Assembly: GCA_947085285.1 (NCBI GenBank)
Contig: CAMTVZ010000165.1
Span: forward strand, 1 to 61,814
Origin: an uncultured Ignavibacteriota bacterium
GTDB lineage: Bacteria > Bacteroidota > Ignavibacteria > UBA10030 > BY39
Length of the DNA stretch: 61,814 nt
Reading direction: 5' to 3'
Part shown: positions 1 through 9,648 of the stretch, in pieces
Position numbering within the stretch: position 1 is the first letter of the stretch
Layout of the letters: each line of letters starts with the position of its first letter
Translations under genes and position numbers: made by a program
The notes under the pieces: model-generated
Database searches by the model: none
Told to the model about the DNA's origin: nothing
Seen by the model: only the letters and a program-made list of their open reading frames with translations

Positions 1-993
1 GATGAATTCTGACAGATTATACAAGGTTAAACCGATTCTATGGTCGGTAACTCTGTTCTGTGGGAAATTATAGGTTCTAATTTTATCGCTTCTGTCGCCA
101 CTTTTGACCATCGATTTTCGTTGTGCCGAGACAGTATCGGTTTGTTCTTTGAGTTTTTCTTCATACAATTTAGCACGTAGCATTTTCATCGCAAGTTCTC
201 TGTTTTTAAACTGAGAACGTTCCTGCTGGCAAGCTACGATTACCCCGGATGGACGGTGGGTTATCCTTACAGCGGTTTCAACTTTATTTACATTCTGTCC
301 CCCTTTACCACCAGCTCGATATGTGTCGAATTCTAAATCGGCAGGGTTAATTTCAATCTCTACATCCTCAACTTCAGGCAAAACTGCCACTGTGGCGGCT
401 GAAGTATGCACGCGTCCTTGCGATTCTGTTTCAGGGACACGCTGAACCCTGTGTACTCCGATTTCATATTTTAACTTTCCGTATGCCCCCTGTCCGCTAA
501 TTATTAAAATTATCTCTTTGAACCCGCCTTTACCCGATTCGCTGAAATCTAATATCTCCACCTTCCAATTATTCTTTTCAGCGAACCTTGAGTACATTCT
601 GAATAAATCGGCTGCAAATAACCCGGCTTCATCGCCCCCTGTGCCAGCTCGGATCTCCAGCAAACAGTTCTTTGAATCGTTCGGATCTGTGGGAAGCAAT
701 AAGGTTTTCAATTCTTCTTCGATTATGGAAACTTTTTGCACAGCCTCTTCTTTTTCGGATTGTGCTAAAGCCTTTATTTCAGGGTCGGAAGAAGTTTCTA
801 ATAAATGATTGATTCCATCTAAATCATTTTTCGCTTTGAGATAACTATCGTAAGCACGGACAATATCGGATAGTTCACTGAATTCTTTGTTAAGCTCCCG
901 GAATTTTTCTTGATTGTTTATGATATTTGGGTCGCTTAATAACTGAGTAATTTCTTCGAACCGTGCTTTAATCTTGGTTAATCGTTCAAACAT
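1..993 (-). CDS. prfA: peptide chain release factor 1 (C-terminal end runs off the window start)
   Basis: Absent from the ORF track because it has no stop inside the window. My minus-strand translation from the ATG at 993-991 reads [22 protein letters not shown]...[23 protein letters not shown]...[22 protein letters not shown]...[32 protein letters not shown]. The GGQ motif and a PxT-type (PET) anticodon tripeptide indicate RF1. The frame stays open for all 331 codons to position 1. Confidence 0.9.
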   Translation of the reverse strand, partial: MFERLTKIKARFEEITQLLSDPNIINNQEKFRELNKEFSELSDIVRAYDSYLKAKNDLDGINHLLETSSDPEIKALAQSEKEEAVQKVSIIEEELKTLLLPTDPNDSKNCLLEIRAGTGGDEAGLFAADLFRMYSRFAEKNNWKVEILDFSESGKGGFKEIILIISGQGAYGKLKYEIGVHRVQRVPETESQGRVHTSAATVAVLPEVEDVEIEINPADLEFDTYRAGGKGGQNVNKVETAVRITHRPSGVIVACQQERSQFKNRELAMKMLRAKLYEEKLKEQTDTVSAQRKSMVKSGDRSDKIRTYNFPQNRVTDHRIGLTLYNLSEFI

Positions 994-1856
994 ACATCAA
1001 TTCCTAAAGATGCTTTAAGAGCCTCCAGAGCAACCTCAATCTGGTCGTCTGTTGGTTCCTTTGTTGTTATTTTTTGTAGTAATAATCCTGGTGTTACAAG
1101 TATTTTTCCGATTGTAGTATTACTTTTTCGTGCCGACAATCTTATAAATTCATAAGCGGTACCTCCAATCAATGGAATAAGCGGGAGATGTGTGAAGAGT
1201 CGTGTGATGAGATCCATCTGACCAATGTATTGCATGTATAGGGCATCGAAAATGCTAAAAATAATTATCGAAGATAACATCACAATTAACAGAAAGCTTG
1301 TTCCGCAACGGGGATGAAATCGGGAGAATCTACGTGCATCTTCAATCGTGAGAGGGGCTTTCGATTCGAAAGCAAAAACTACTTTGTGCTCAGCACCGTG
1401 ATACTGAAACACACGCTTCACATCTTTCATAAACGATATCGCAGTTATGTATAGAATTAAAAGTAAAAGTCGTACACCCCCCGAAATAAGATTGAAGGCG
1501 ATTGCATCTTGTTCTACACGAAAAAGGTGGGTTGCTACAAAAAGTGGTGTAACAAAAAATATAGCTATGCCAATAATCATTATTTCGACCAAACCGACAG
1601 CACCCCGAATGATGGGCGCTTTAAAAAAAGTCTTCCTCTCGGCAAGTGTGTGAAATTCTTCTTTTTTAATTATGATTTCACCATTGGATCTACGAACAGC
1701 AGTTGCCACCATGCCGGGAGCACGCATCATCACACCTTCGATTACAGCTTGCCCGCCAACTTGCATTGGCTTGTTGGGGTCAAAATTTATTTTATTATCA
1801 CTCAAATTATTTCCAAAATTAGTTTGATTTTGGCTTAAATATACGAAAATAAGCAC
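978..1856 (-). CDS. DUF1385 (YqhQ-like) membrane protein
   Basis: Track ORF of 292 aa. It has the hallmark [13 protein letters not shown]... and ...[10 protein letters not shown]...[10 protein letters not shown] motifs plus several TM segments. It overlaps the prfA start by 16 nt, and prfA-adjacent synteny is typical of this family. The true start may be the internal Met at MQVGGQ. Confidence 0.75.
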   Translation of the reverse strand: MLIFVYLSQNQTNFGNNLSDNKINFDPNKPMQVGGQAVIEGVMMRAPGMVATAVRRSNGEIIIKKEEFHTLAERKTFFKAPIIRGAVGLVEIMIIGIAIFFVTPLFVATHLFRVEQDAIAFNLISGGVRLLLLILYITAISFMKDVKRVFQYHGAEHKVVFAFESKAPLTIEDARRFSRFHPRCGTSFLLIVMLSSIIIFSIFDALYMQYIGQMDLITRLFTHLPLIPLIGGTAYEFIRLSARKSNTTIGKILVTPGLLLQKITTKEPTDDQIEVALEALKASLGIDVCLND

Positions 1857-1882
1857 TCAGAAACTAATAACTGAAGGTTAAA

Positions 1883-3355
1883 TTATTGTTTTTTATTACT
1901 CAGCGATGAGAAGAGTTGCTTTAGCTTGTATATTTCTCCCTTTTTAAAAAATGTAAACAGATAAAGAAGAAAAACAAACACAAAAAGCACCAGTAATTTG
2001 ATAATTAGATGATACTCGGTTTTAGGGATAATTAAAAAGAGTATGAATGTTAGAGCCGCGGCAATTGTTATTTTTAGAATTCTTATGAATTCATATTCGA
2101 TCTTATAGAATTTTTGTGAATAAAAATACATCAGTATCGACATTGCGAAATAGCTTGCTAAAGTTGCTACAGCTGCACCCATAATTCCGATTGTAGGAAT
2201 TAATAAAAAATTCATCGCAACATTTACTGCAGCTGCTATAAATGTTATGGTAGGAAGGTGAATAGTTTTCTTTTCTAAATAAATACCAGCAGAAAAACTG
2301 AGCGAGAGCCCATAGAATAAATACCCTAACATAATAACAGGAATGATATTCAAACCAACCCAATAGTCGGGGTGAATTATGAATCGTTCGAAAAATTTTA
2401 TCTTAACAATATCTTCAATGAAAAAAGTGATGAGCAATAAAACAAAGCTCATAAGGAGGAAGAAGTATGTTGTGATTCTCGCAAAAAGTTCTTTCGCATC
2501 CACATCTTTAGCTCTTGCAAAAAAGAATGGTTTCCAAGCATAATCGAACATCGAAACAACCAGCATCATAAAGATGCCAAGTTTGTAGTTTGCCTGATAT
2601 ATTCCTACTGATTCGTTATTTGTTAATGCTCGTAGTATCGGGCGGTCGATTACCTGAATAATCATCAAAGCAAAACCAGCAGGCAAGGAAGGGAGCCCAA
2701 ACTTTAATAATAGTTTATAAAGCTCGCCCGAAAAATTAAATGTCAAATTTTTCAAAATGGTAGGGAGGAGAAAAATAAAAGTAACCAGCGATGCAATCGC
2801 TCCACTAATAAAAATACCTTCGATTCCCATTTTGTATTCGACAAGAAGCAAAATATTTAATGATACGTTAACGATTATGTTAAGAAATTTTATAGTTGCA
2901 AAAACTGTGGCTTTGTTTTTTTGTCGGAGGTATGCAAAAGGAACTATTACTAATGCATCGAAGAATAAAATTAATCCTGAATATAAAATGATTGAAGAAT
3001 ATTGGATTGGTATATTAATAATTTCGGTAATCGGAGTTGTAAGAGAAATTAGTATTCCCGAAAATATAAAAGAAGTAGCTGCTATGGAGATGAAGGGAGT
3101 ACTGAAATTTTGTTTCGGAGTTCCTACTTCAAGTGAAGAGGAATATTTAAAATACGCCGACTCCATTCCGTAATTATAAATAACATTAAGGAATGCAATC
3201 AACGAATAAACGTATGCCGTGATACCGTAGTCGTTCGGCGAAAGAAAGTTTGTGTAAATTGGCACAAGCAGAAAATTCAGCAACCTACCAATTACAGTGC
3301 TTGTTCCGTAGATTAATGTATCTTTCCCTAAGCGGGTGATTTTATCAATCATCAA
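1883..3355 (-). CDS. MOP-superfamily polysaccharide/oligosaccharide flippase (Wzx-like)
   Basis: 490 aa and almost entirely hydrophobic, with about 12-14 TM segments. The N-terminus (GKDTLIYGTSTVIGRLLNFLLVPIYTNFLSP) is typical of 'polysaccharide biosynthesis protein' flippases. Confidence 0.7.
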   Translation of the reverse strand: MMIDKITRLGKDTLIYGTSTVIGRLLNFLLVPIYTNFLSPNDYGITAYVYSLIAFLNVIYNYGMESAYFKYSSSLEVGTPKQNFSTPFISIAATSFIFSGILISLTTPITEIINIPIQYSSIILYSGLILFFDALVIVPFAYLRQKNKATVFATIKFLNIIVNVSLNILLLVEYKMGIEGIFISGAIASLVTFIFLLPTILKNLTFNFSGELYKLLLKFGLPSLPAGFALMIIQVIDRPILRALTNNESVGIYQANYKLGIFMMLVVSMFDYAWKPFFFARAKDVDAKELFARITTYFFLLMSFVLLLITFFIEDIVKIKFFERFIIHPDYWVGLNIIPVIMLGYLFYGLSLSFSAGIYLEKKTIHLPTITFIAAAVNVAMNFLLIPTIGIMGAAVATLASYFAMSILMYFYSQKFYKIEYEFIRILKITIAAALTFILFLIIPKTEYHLIIKLLVLFVFVFLLYLFTFFKKGEIYKLKQLFSSLSNKKQ

Positions 3356-3360
3356 GATTT

Positions 3361-4221
3361 TTATCTCGTTTTTACATTCAAAGAAATATCGAGAGCGCTC
3401 ACTGAATGAGTAAGTGCACCGATTGAGATAAAGTCGACGCCTGTTTCGGCAACCTATAAAACATTATGTAGATTGATGTTACCCGAAGCTTCGACCTCAA
3501 CCTTGTGGCTTATTAAAACCACAGCTTTTGTCATTTCAGGGATAGAAAAATTATCTAACATAATTCTATGAATTCCTGTAAACTTAAGAGCCTCTCGAAT
3601 TTCATCTAGGTTTTTAGTTTCGACTTCAATTTTTAATTTTAAGTTACTTGCATTCAGATACTTTAAACATTTTTCGATTGCTTTCGAAATTCCACCTGCA
3701 GCTTCGATATGATTATCCTTGATTAGAACCATATCGTCTAAACCAAATCTATGGTTTACTCCACCACCGATTTTTACAGATAACTTATCTAAAAGCCGTA
3801 GGCCGGGGGCGGTTTTTCGGGTGTCGGTAATTTTTGCCCGAGTACCGGCAACCGCTCCAACAAATTGTCTCGTTAACGTTGCTATACCACTCATTCGTTG
3901 CATGAAGTTCAGAGCTGTCCGTTCGGCTTTCAAAATACTGGCTAAAGGTCCGGTAATAGTACCTACAACTGTCCCGGCTTGAATATAAGTACCATCGTTT
4001 GTTGATTTTGTAAATGTAATTTCAGGGTCGACAATTTGAAATACAAGCGATGCCAATCCAAGTCCTGCAATTACTCCATTCTCTTTCACCAATATTTCTG
4101 CGTAGCCTGAAACATCCGATTCTACAATCGATTCAGTCGTAATATCGCCGAGTCCGATATCCTCGGCTAATGCTTCCTGTATTATCCGGCTTATTCTTGA
4201 GTCATTCAGTAAATCTGTCAT
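3361..4221 (-). pseudogene. nadC: nicotinate-nucleotide diphosphorylase (quinolinate phosphoribosyltransferase) interrupted by an in-frame TAG at 3454-3456
   Basis: The track ORF 3454-4221 (255 aa) carries NadC motifs (LIKDNHI, TRKTAPGLR, EVEASGNI). Reading on in the same frame after the TAG gives VAETGVDFISIGALTHSVSALDISLNVKTR, then TAA at 3361-3363. That is the conserved NadC C-terminus. Confidence 0.8.
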
Positions 4222-4378
4222 TTTCTTTTTCCTCGAGTATCATAATCGGTATATTGGTTTCTATTCTATAAACATTACCACATCCAGTACAATTTAAATT
4301 ATACAATTCGGGATTGTATTCAAGTTGTTCGTAACATTTAGGGCATATCAGAATATCAAGGATATTTTTATCTATCAT
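4202..4378 (-). CDS. Trm112-family small zinc-ribbon-like protein (UPF0434)
   Basis: Not in the track (58 aa, under the cutoff). My translation is MIDKNILDILICPKCYEQLEYNPELYNLNCTGCGNVYRIETNIPIMILEEKENDRFTE. The LxCPxC...CxxC...Y.I..GIP.ML pattern is the Trm112/YcaR signature. It overlaps the nadC start by 20 nt. Confidence 0.65.
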   Translation of the reverse strand: MIDKNILDILICPKCYEQLEYNPELYNLNCTGCGNVYRIETNIPIMILEEKENDRFTE

Positions 4379-4383
4379 TATAT

Positions 4384-4806
4384 TTATCCTATAGAATTGT
4401 TGAATGCAGTTTTTACTGTTTTCAAAAATATTTCTGGTGATCGTGTCGGTTTACGTGTGTCGGATTTTAAAAAACCATGAATAGTGTATCCTTCAGCAAT
4501 CAACTCGCTTGTATGTGTATTCCTAACTTCATATTCGAGTTTTATCCTTGATGTGGGTAATTCTTTAAGTATTGTTATTACATCAATTAAATCATCGTAA
4601 GAGGCCGAGTTGTAATATTTTGCATATGCTTCGACGACAGGGAGTATATATCCCATATTTTCTAATTGAGTGTAGGGTAAACCAATTGAACGTAATAGTT
4701 CAGTTCTTCCACTTTCGAAGTAAACGAAATAGTTTGAATAGTAAACCACATTCATCTGGTCGGTTTCTGCATATCTAACCCGTATTTGAGTTGTATGTTT
4801 AATCAT
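4384..4806 (-). CDS. acyl-CoA thioesterase, YbgC/4HBT hotdog family
   Basis: VRYAETDQMNVVYYSNYFVYFE is a typical 4HBT N-terminal catalytic region. I prefer the Met at 4806 (MIKHTTQIRV) over the track start at 4827, because it removes the overlap with accA. Confidence 0.75.
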   Translation of the reverse strand: MIKHTTQIRVRYAETDQMNVVYYSNYFVYFESGRTELLRSIGLPYTQLENMGYILPVVEAYAKYYNSASYDDLIDVITILKELPTSRIKLEYEVRNTHTSELIAEGYTIHGFLKSDTRKPTRSPEIFLKTVKTAFNNSIG

Positions 4807-4814
4807 AAATAATC

Positions 4815-5765
4815 TTATTCTTCCCAATCGCCCATTGCTACGTATTTTTCAATTCGCTTCTCAACTAACTTATTGGTTGGTATTTTTTTAAGTTTCTTTA
4901 TTTCTTCGAGTAGGGCGGCTTTAAGAACCGAGGCTGCTTCTTCGGGATTGCGGTGAGCCCCGCCAAGAGGTTCAGGAATTATTCGATCGATTATCCCTTG
5001 TTCTAACAAATCAGGCGCTGTTAATTTTAGAGCTTCAGCCGCTTTTTCTTTGTACTCCCAGCTTATCCATAAAATACTTGAGCAAGATTCAGGTGCAATA
5101 ACAGTGAACCAGCAGTTTTCCATCATCAAAACTCTATCGCCAACCCCTATTCCTAATGCTCCGCCTGATGCTCCCTCCCCTATAATTGTTACAATAATGG
5201 GTGTAGGGAGGTGAGTCATCTCGAAAATATTGCGTGAAATCGCCTCTGCTTGCCCCCGTTCTTCAGCTTCTAATCCAGGATATGCTCCGGGGGTGTCTAA
5301 CATAGTAATTACTGGGCGTTTAAATTTAGCTGCCAATTTCATTAATCGAAGAGCTTTTCGATATCCTTCAGGATTTGGCATACCAAAATTTCTGTACACA
5401 TTTTGTTTTGTGTCTCTCCCTTTTTGTGTGCCGATAATCATCACAGGTTCGTCCTCTAACATTGCAAAGCCCCCTAAAATTGCCTTATCGTCCCGAAAAT
5501 TTCTATCGCCGTGAAGCTCGATAAAATCGGTGGTCATCATCTGGATATAATCGAGCGTATATGGTCTCTCAGGATGGCGAGCCAACTGAACACGTTGCCA
5601 CCTAGTAAGATTTTTGTAAATATCTTTCTTCATCAGTTCCAACTTGTTCTCAAGTGTTTTGAGCTCGTCAGTCAAATCGATACTTTGTCCTAACTTTTTC
5701 ATCTCTTCAATTTTCTGTTCGAGTTCGTAAATCGGTTTTTCAAAATCTAAAATTACTTTTGGCAT
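4815..5765 (-). CDS. accA: acetyl-CoA carboxylase carboxyltransferase subunit alpha
   Basis: 316 aa, collinear with AccA. Shared segments: LDFEKPIxELE, [70 protein letters not shown]. Confidence 0.92.
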   Translation of the reverse strand: MPKVILDFEKPIYELEQKIEEMKKLGQSIDLTDELKTLENKLELMKKDIYKNLTRWQRVQLARHPERPYTLDYIQMMTTDFIELHGDRNFRDDKAILGGFAMLEDEPVMIIGTQKGRDTKQNVYRNFGMPNPEGYRKALRLMKLAAKFKRPVITMLDTPGAYPGLEAEERGQAEAISRNIFEMTHLPTPIIVTIIGEGASGGALGIGVGDRVLMMENCWFTVIAPESCSSILWISWEYKEKAAEALKLTAPDLLEQGIIDRIIPEPLGGAHRNPEEAASVLKAALLEEIKKLKKIPTNKLVEKRIEKYVAMGDWEE

Positions 5766-5773
5766 AGATACCT

Positions 5774-7735
5774 CTATTTATTTATGATTGAATTTGCTAA
5801 CCATTTGATTAAAATTTCAATATCGAGTATTACAGAATAATTTTTTAAATAATATATAGTATAATTCTCTAAATCTTGTTGGCTCAAGAAAGATTTTTGT
5901 TCAATCTGGGCTAATCCAGTTAATCCGGGTTTTAACGATGGAAATTCGTTAGTAACACTATTTATCGGATAACCGACTAAACTAAATTCACCGGCTATAA
6001 CTTTTGGGAGTAAATAATAATAAAATTTTTGCTTAAATGCCTTTTTGAAAGGAAAGAAAATAACTAAAATCAGCGATGCTACTAATATATCGAAAAGGCG
6101 CTTTATAATTTGATTTATTTTAGAATTTAATTTGTAGTCGATTTCGATTAACGGTAAGTCGTTTAAATTATCAATATGTGTTTTACCAATTATAACTTCT
6201 AAACTATTTGGTACCATCCGATAATTTACTTTGTTTGTATTTGATCTACCAATAACATTTAATATATCTTTGTACGATAACTCATCAGTCGAAAAGAGCA
6301 CATCACTTATTTTGTAACTATCAATTATTTTACCGATTGTTCCCACACTACCGATTATTTCAACACCATCTATTTTATTGCCAATCTTTTTTCGATTTAA
6401 GTCGATAAACCCTACAACATTATAATCATACCGCAGAGGGGAGCGAAGTTTTTGCAAAAGTTGCCGGGCATTTGCGGAGGTGCCAACTATTAATGTTCGT
6501 CTTCCACCAAAACCACTCCGTACAAGTTTACTGTACCTTAAAAAAATCTTAATTAATAATCGTGATAATGAAAGTAAAAGTAAGGAAATAAGAGCTGAAT
6601 AAACTACGACGATTCGACTGAATGCGAACTGTTTGAAAAAATATGTGAGTGCCGAAATAATTGTGAACCCAATAATTACTGATATGATGATACGGGCGAT
6701 TGAGTATTTATGCTTATTATATCCTCCAAAAAAGGAATTAGTGGTAATTACAGCCATTGCCGGTATTATCGTCATCGGCAAAAGAGCATAGTCGGGTATA
6801 TTTACAGTTTTACCGAAACGTAAATAAAAACCTAAAACTATCGATAAGTTTATTAAAACCCAATCTGTTAGAGGTATTATAGAAGATTTAACAAGTCGGG
6901 AGAACGACGCTAACCACGAACGAAATACTATTGCAAGGTGTAAAATGCTCAGAATTAGAGCTGAGTGGTTGAGATGTGTTCTAACAAAAATGTGCATAGC
7001 ATTGTAAAACATTTTGATGTCGTCGAGATTGCTCTGTTTTGTACTCTCGCCTTTGTAATGTATGATCTGAGTTTTGTGATAATAGACAATTTTCCAACCT
7101 GCTTTGATAATTCGATAGCACCAATCGAGGTCTTCGCCGTACATAAAGTAGGATTCGTCGAGTTTGCCAACTTGTTCGTAAACCTCACGCCGTAAAAACA
7201 TGAATGAGCCACTGACAGCTTCAACCTCATAAGTTTCGTTCGGATTTAAATAAGTTAAATTATACTTACCAAATAGTTTAGTGTTAGGGAATAAAGCACT
7301 TAAACCTGTAACTTTAGTGAAAGCCGACCAAGGTGTAGGTATGCTACGTCGGCAGGCAAGTTGTAAGCTGCCATCGGGATTCAAAATTTTGCACCCAGCA
7401 AGCCCGACCTGTGGATTATTCTCGAGATATTCGATTAAAGAAGTTAAGGTATCTTCTTGAACAATCGTGTCGGGATTAATTAACAGTATATATTTCCCCG
7501 ACGATTGGGCTAATGCGATGTTATTGGCAGCGGCAAAGCCTAAATTAGTTTGGTTTAAAATAAGTTTAACATCAGGAAATGATGTCTGAACTAATTCAAC
7601 ACTGCCATCATCGGAGGCATTATCGACAACGAAGATTTCCCCTTCGATGTTTTGCATCGCTTTTTGAATCGAAAGGAGTGCGTTCTCCAAAAATGAACGG
7701 ACATTATAATTTACTATTATTACCGAGAGTTGCAT
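5774..7735 (-). CDS. fusion protein: family-2 glycosyltransferase + multi-TM region + Rossmann-like linker + degenerate phosphoglycosyl-transferase (bacterial sugar transferase) C-terminal domain
   Basis: 653 aa. The N-terminal GT2 has [17 protein letters not shown] and YGEDLDWC. The middle has about 5 TM segments and then [16 protein letters not shown], as in WbaP-type proteins. The last 109 aa resemble a PGT domain ([38 protein letters not shown]). That domain lacks about 80 residues, including the KFRSM and LDEIPQ segments present in the intact paralog at 9649-11052. Confidence 0.7.
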   Translation of the reverse strand: MQLSVIIVNYNVRSFLENALLSIQKAMQNIEGEIFVVDNASDDGSVELVQTSFPDVKLILNQTNLGFAAANNIALAQSSGKYILLINPDTIVQEDTLTSLIEYLENNPQVGLAGCKILNPDGSLQLACRRSIPTPWSAFTKVTGLSALFPNTKLFGKYNLTYLNPNETYEVEAVSGSFMFLRREVYEQVGKLDESYFMYGEDLDWCYRIIKAGWKIVYYHKTQIIHYKGESTKQSNLDDIKMFYNAMHIFVRTHLNHSALILSILHLAIVFRSWLASFSRLVKSSIIPLTDWVLINLSIVLGFYLRFGKTVNIPDYALLPMTIIPAMAVITTNSFFGGYNKHKYSIARIIISVIIGFTIISALTYFFKQFAFSRIVVVYSALISLLLLSLSRLLIKIFLRYSKLVRSGFGGRRTLIVGTSANARQLLQKLRSPLRYDYNVVGFIDLNRKKIGNKIDGVEIIGSVGTIGKIIDSYKISDVLFSTDELSYKDILNVIGRSNTNKVNYRMVPNSLEVIIGKTHIDNLNDLPLIEIDYKLNSKINQIIKRLFDILVASLILVIFFPFKKAFKQKFYYYLLPKVIAGEFSLVGYPINSVTNEFPSLKPGLTGLAQIEQKSFLSQQDLENYTIYYLKNYSVILDIEILIKWLANSIINK

Positions 7736-7738
7736 TAA

Positions 7739-8455
7739 TTAAATTTTGCCAAACAGACTTTGTAACTTTAATTTCCAAACTAAGAAAACAGCTTCGTAAA
7801 TAATATGCTTTGACATTTTTGACGAGCCGTGTCGTCGGTCAACAAATATAATTGGGTGTTCTACAATTTTAAATCCTTTTTTCCAAGCTTTAAAATTCAT
7901 TTCTATCTGGAAAGCATAGCCATTCGAGTGAATCGCTTCTAGATCAATTGCTTCTAAAACTTTACGACGAAAACATTTGAACCCACCAGTTGTGTCCTTA
8001 ATCTTCATACCTGTGATGATTCGCGTATATAAACTTGCCCCATAGGATAGTATCAATCTGTGAATGGGCCAATTTAAAATTCTAACACCATCGATGTATC
8101 GTGAACCCAATACCAGATCAAAATCTTTTATCTTTCTTAAAAAGTTAGGTATCTCGTTTGGGTCGTGCGAAAAATCGGCATCCATCTCCATTACGTAATC
8201 GAAATTATTCTTGATAGCATATTTGAATCCTTCAACGTATGCGGTTCCTAATCCCATTTTACCGGGTCGTTTAATCAAGTGTATTCGGCGATTACCTGCT
8301 TGCATCCGTTCGACAATTGCCCCCGTGTTATCGGGCGAGTTATCGTCAACTATCAGCATTTCGATTTCAGAATCTTGAGATAAGACGAGGTTAATAAGCC
8401 TTTCGATGTTTTCAGCTTCGTTGTAAGTTGGTGTAATTACTAATGTTTTAGGCAT
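7739..8455 (-). CDS. polyprenol-phosphate mannosyl/glycosyl transferase (Dpm1-like GT2)
   Basis: 238 aa. Motifs VITPTYNEAENI, VDDNSPDNTG, MDADFSHDP (DxD) and GGFKCFRR are typical of dolichyl/polyprenyl-phosphate mannose synthase-type GT2 enzymes. Confidence 0.75.
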   Translation of the reverse strand: MPKTLVITPTYNEAENIERLINLVLSQDSEIEMLIVDDNSPDNTGAIVERMQAGNRRIHLIKRPGKMGLGTAYVEGFKYAIKNNFDYVMEMDADFSHDPNEIPNFLRKIKDFDLVLGSRYIDGVRILNWPIHRLILSYGASLYTRIITGMKIKDTTGGFKCFRRKVLEAIDLEAIHSNGYAFQIEMNFKAWKKGFKIVEHPIIFVDRRHGSSKMSKHIIYEAVFLVWKLKLQSLFGKI

Positions 8456-8475
8456 AAAATAATTTCGATAGTTAT

Positions 8476-9582
8476 TTAGATTGTATTTAAAAAGTTTTTA
8501 ACTTCGCTGGCAATGTAAGCTTGCATTTCAAAAGTTAGTTCGGTATGCATCGGAAGTGATATTACCTCGCTGCTCATCTGTTCGGTAACTGGTAATTTTA
8601 TTTCAGGCGATACATATTTAATGTATGCTTGCTGTTTGTGAAGAGGAACAGGATAATATATTGCGTGAGGGATACCTTTCGATTTTAAATATTCTGCTAA
8701 CTTGTCGCGCTGTGGTACGCGTAATGTATATTGATGAAAGATATGTTTAGTATAGTCTTTTACTTTAGGTGTAATCGCAGGTGTGTTCTCGAATAGTTTG
8801 TTATATATTTCGGCTGCTTTACGGCGAATGTCGTTCCATTCGTCCAAATATTTTAACTTAACATTCAATATCGCAGCTTGAATTGAATCGAGACGGCTGT
8901 TCACTCCGAGTATCTCATGATAATATCTTACTTTAGAACCATGTACTATAATCATTCTTAATTTTTCTGCAAGCTGGTCGTTGTTGGTTACAACCATACC
9001 GGCATCGCCGTATGCACCAAGATTTTTACTTGGGAAAAAACTAATACAACCGATGTCGCCTATCGTGCCCACCTTTTTACCCTTATACTCGGTCCCCATT
9101 GCTTGTGCAGTATCTTCGATAATGAATAGTTTGTGTTTTTTTGCTATCTCCATTATAGGATCCATATTTGCTGCATGACCGTAAAGGTGAACAGGGATAA
9201 TAGCTTTAGTGTTTTTTGTAATGGCAGATTCAATTTTTGTAGTGTCGATATTGAACGTGTCTGATTCGATATCAACATAAACCGGTTTTGCACCGAGTAG
9301 AGCAATAGTTTCGACAGTTGCAACGAATGTAAAGGGAGTTGTGATTACTTCGTCGCCAGGGCCGATATCGAGAGCCATAAGTGCAACCTGTAATGCGTCA
9401 GTACCTGATGCACAACCGATTGCATGCTTCGCTCCTAAATAGTTTGCTGTATTGGATTCAAAATCTGAAACTGTTTTGCCAAGTATAAAGTGGCCAGTAT
9501 CGAGTACAGATTGGATTGCCGCATCGATTTCGGGCTTGATCTTTTTATATTGATTAACTAAGTCAACAAGTTGTAAGTTCAT
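8476..9582 (-). CDS. DegT/DnrJ/EryC1/StrS family sugar aminotransferase (PLP-dependent)
   Basis: 368 aa. Motifs: GxxVxxFE, GCASGTDALQVAL, and FFPSKNLGAYGDAG (PLP lysine region). Confidence 0.85.
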   Translation of the reverse strand: MNLQLVDLVNQYKKIKPEIDAAIQSVLDTGHFILGKTVSDFESNTANYLGAKHAIGCASGTDALQVALMALDIGPGDEVITTPFTFVATVETIALLGAKPVYVDIESDTFNIDTTKIESAITKNTKAIIPVHLYGHAANMDPIMEIAKKHKLFIIEDTAQAMGTEYKGKKVGTIGDIGCISFFPSKNLGAYGDAGMVVTNNDQLAEKLRMIIVHGSKVRYYHEILGVNSRLDSIQAAILNVKLKYLDEWNDIRRKAAEIYNKLFENTPAITPKVKDYTKHIFHQYTLRVPQRDKLAEYLKSKGIPHAIYYPVPLHKQQAYIKYVSPEIKLPVTEQMSSEVISLPMHTELTFEMQAYIASEVKNFLNTI

Positions 9583-9648
9583 ATGGTAGATATTTTGTTA
9601 TTTGATGTATAATTAGAGTTTCGAAATTCGAATTTAGAAATTTATGAA

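Noticed and set aside
3454-3456. Genome-wide stop-codon reassignment (TAG or TGA as sense) as an explanation for the in-frame stops in nadC and at 16757.
   Set aside because: TAG ends the gene at 5774-5776 cleanly. TGA ends batC (30603), Wzx (16873) and the Trm112-like gene at positions consistent with family lengths. RF1 is intact. Local mutation or error is more parsimonious.
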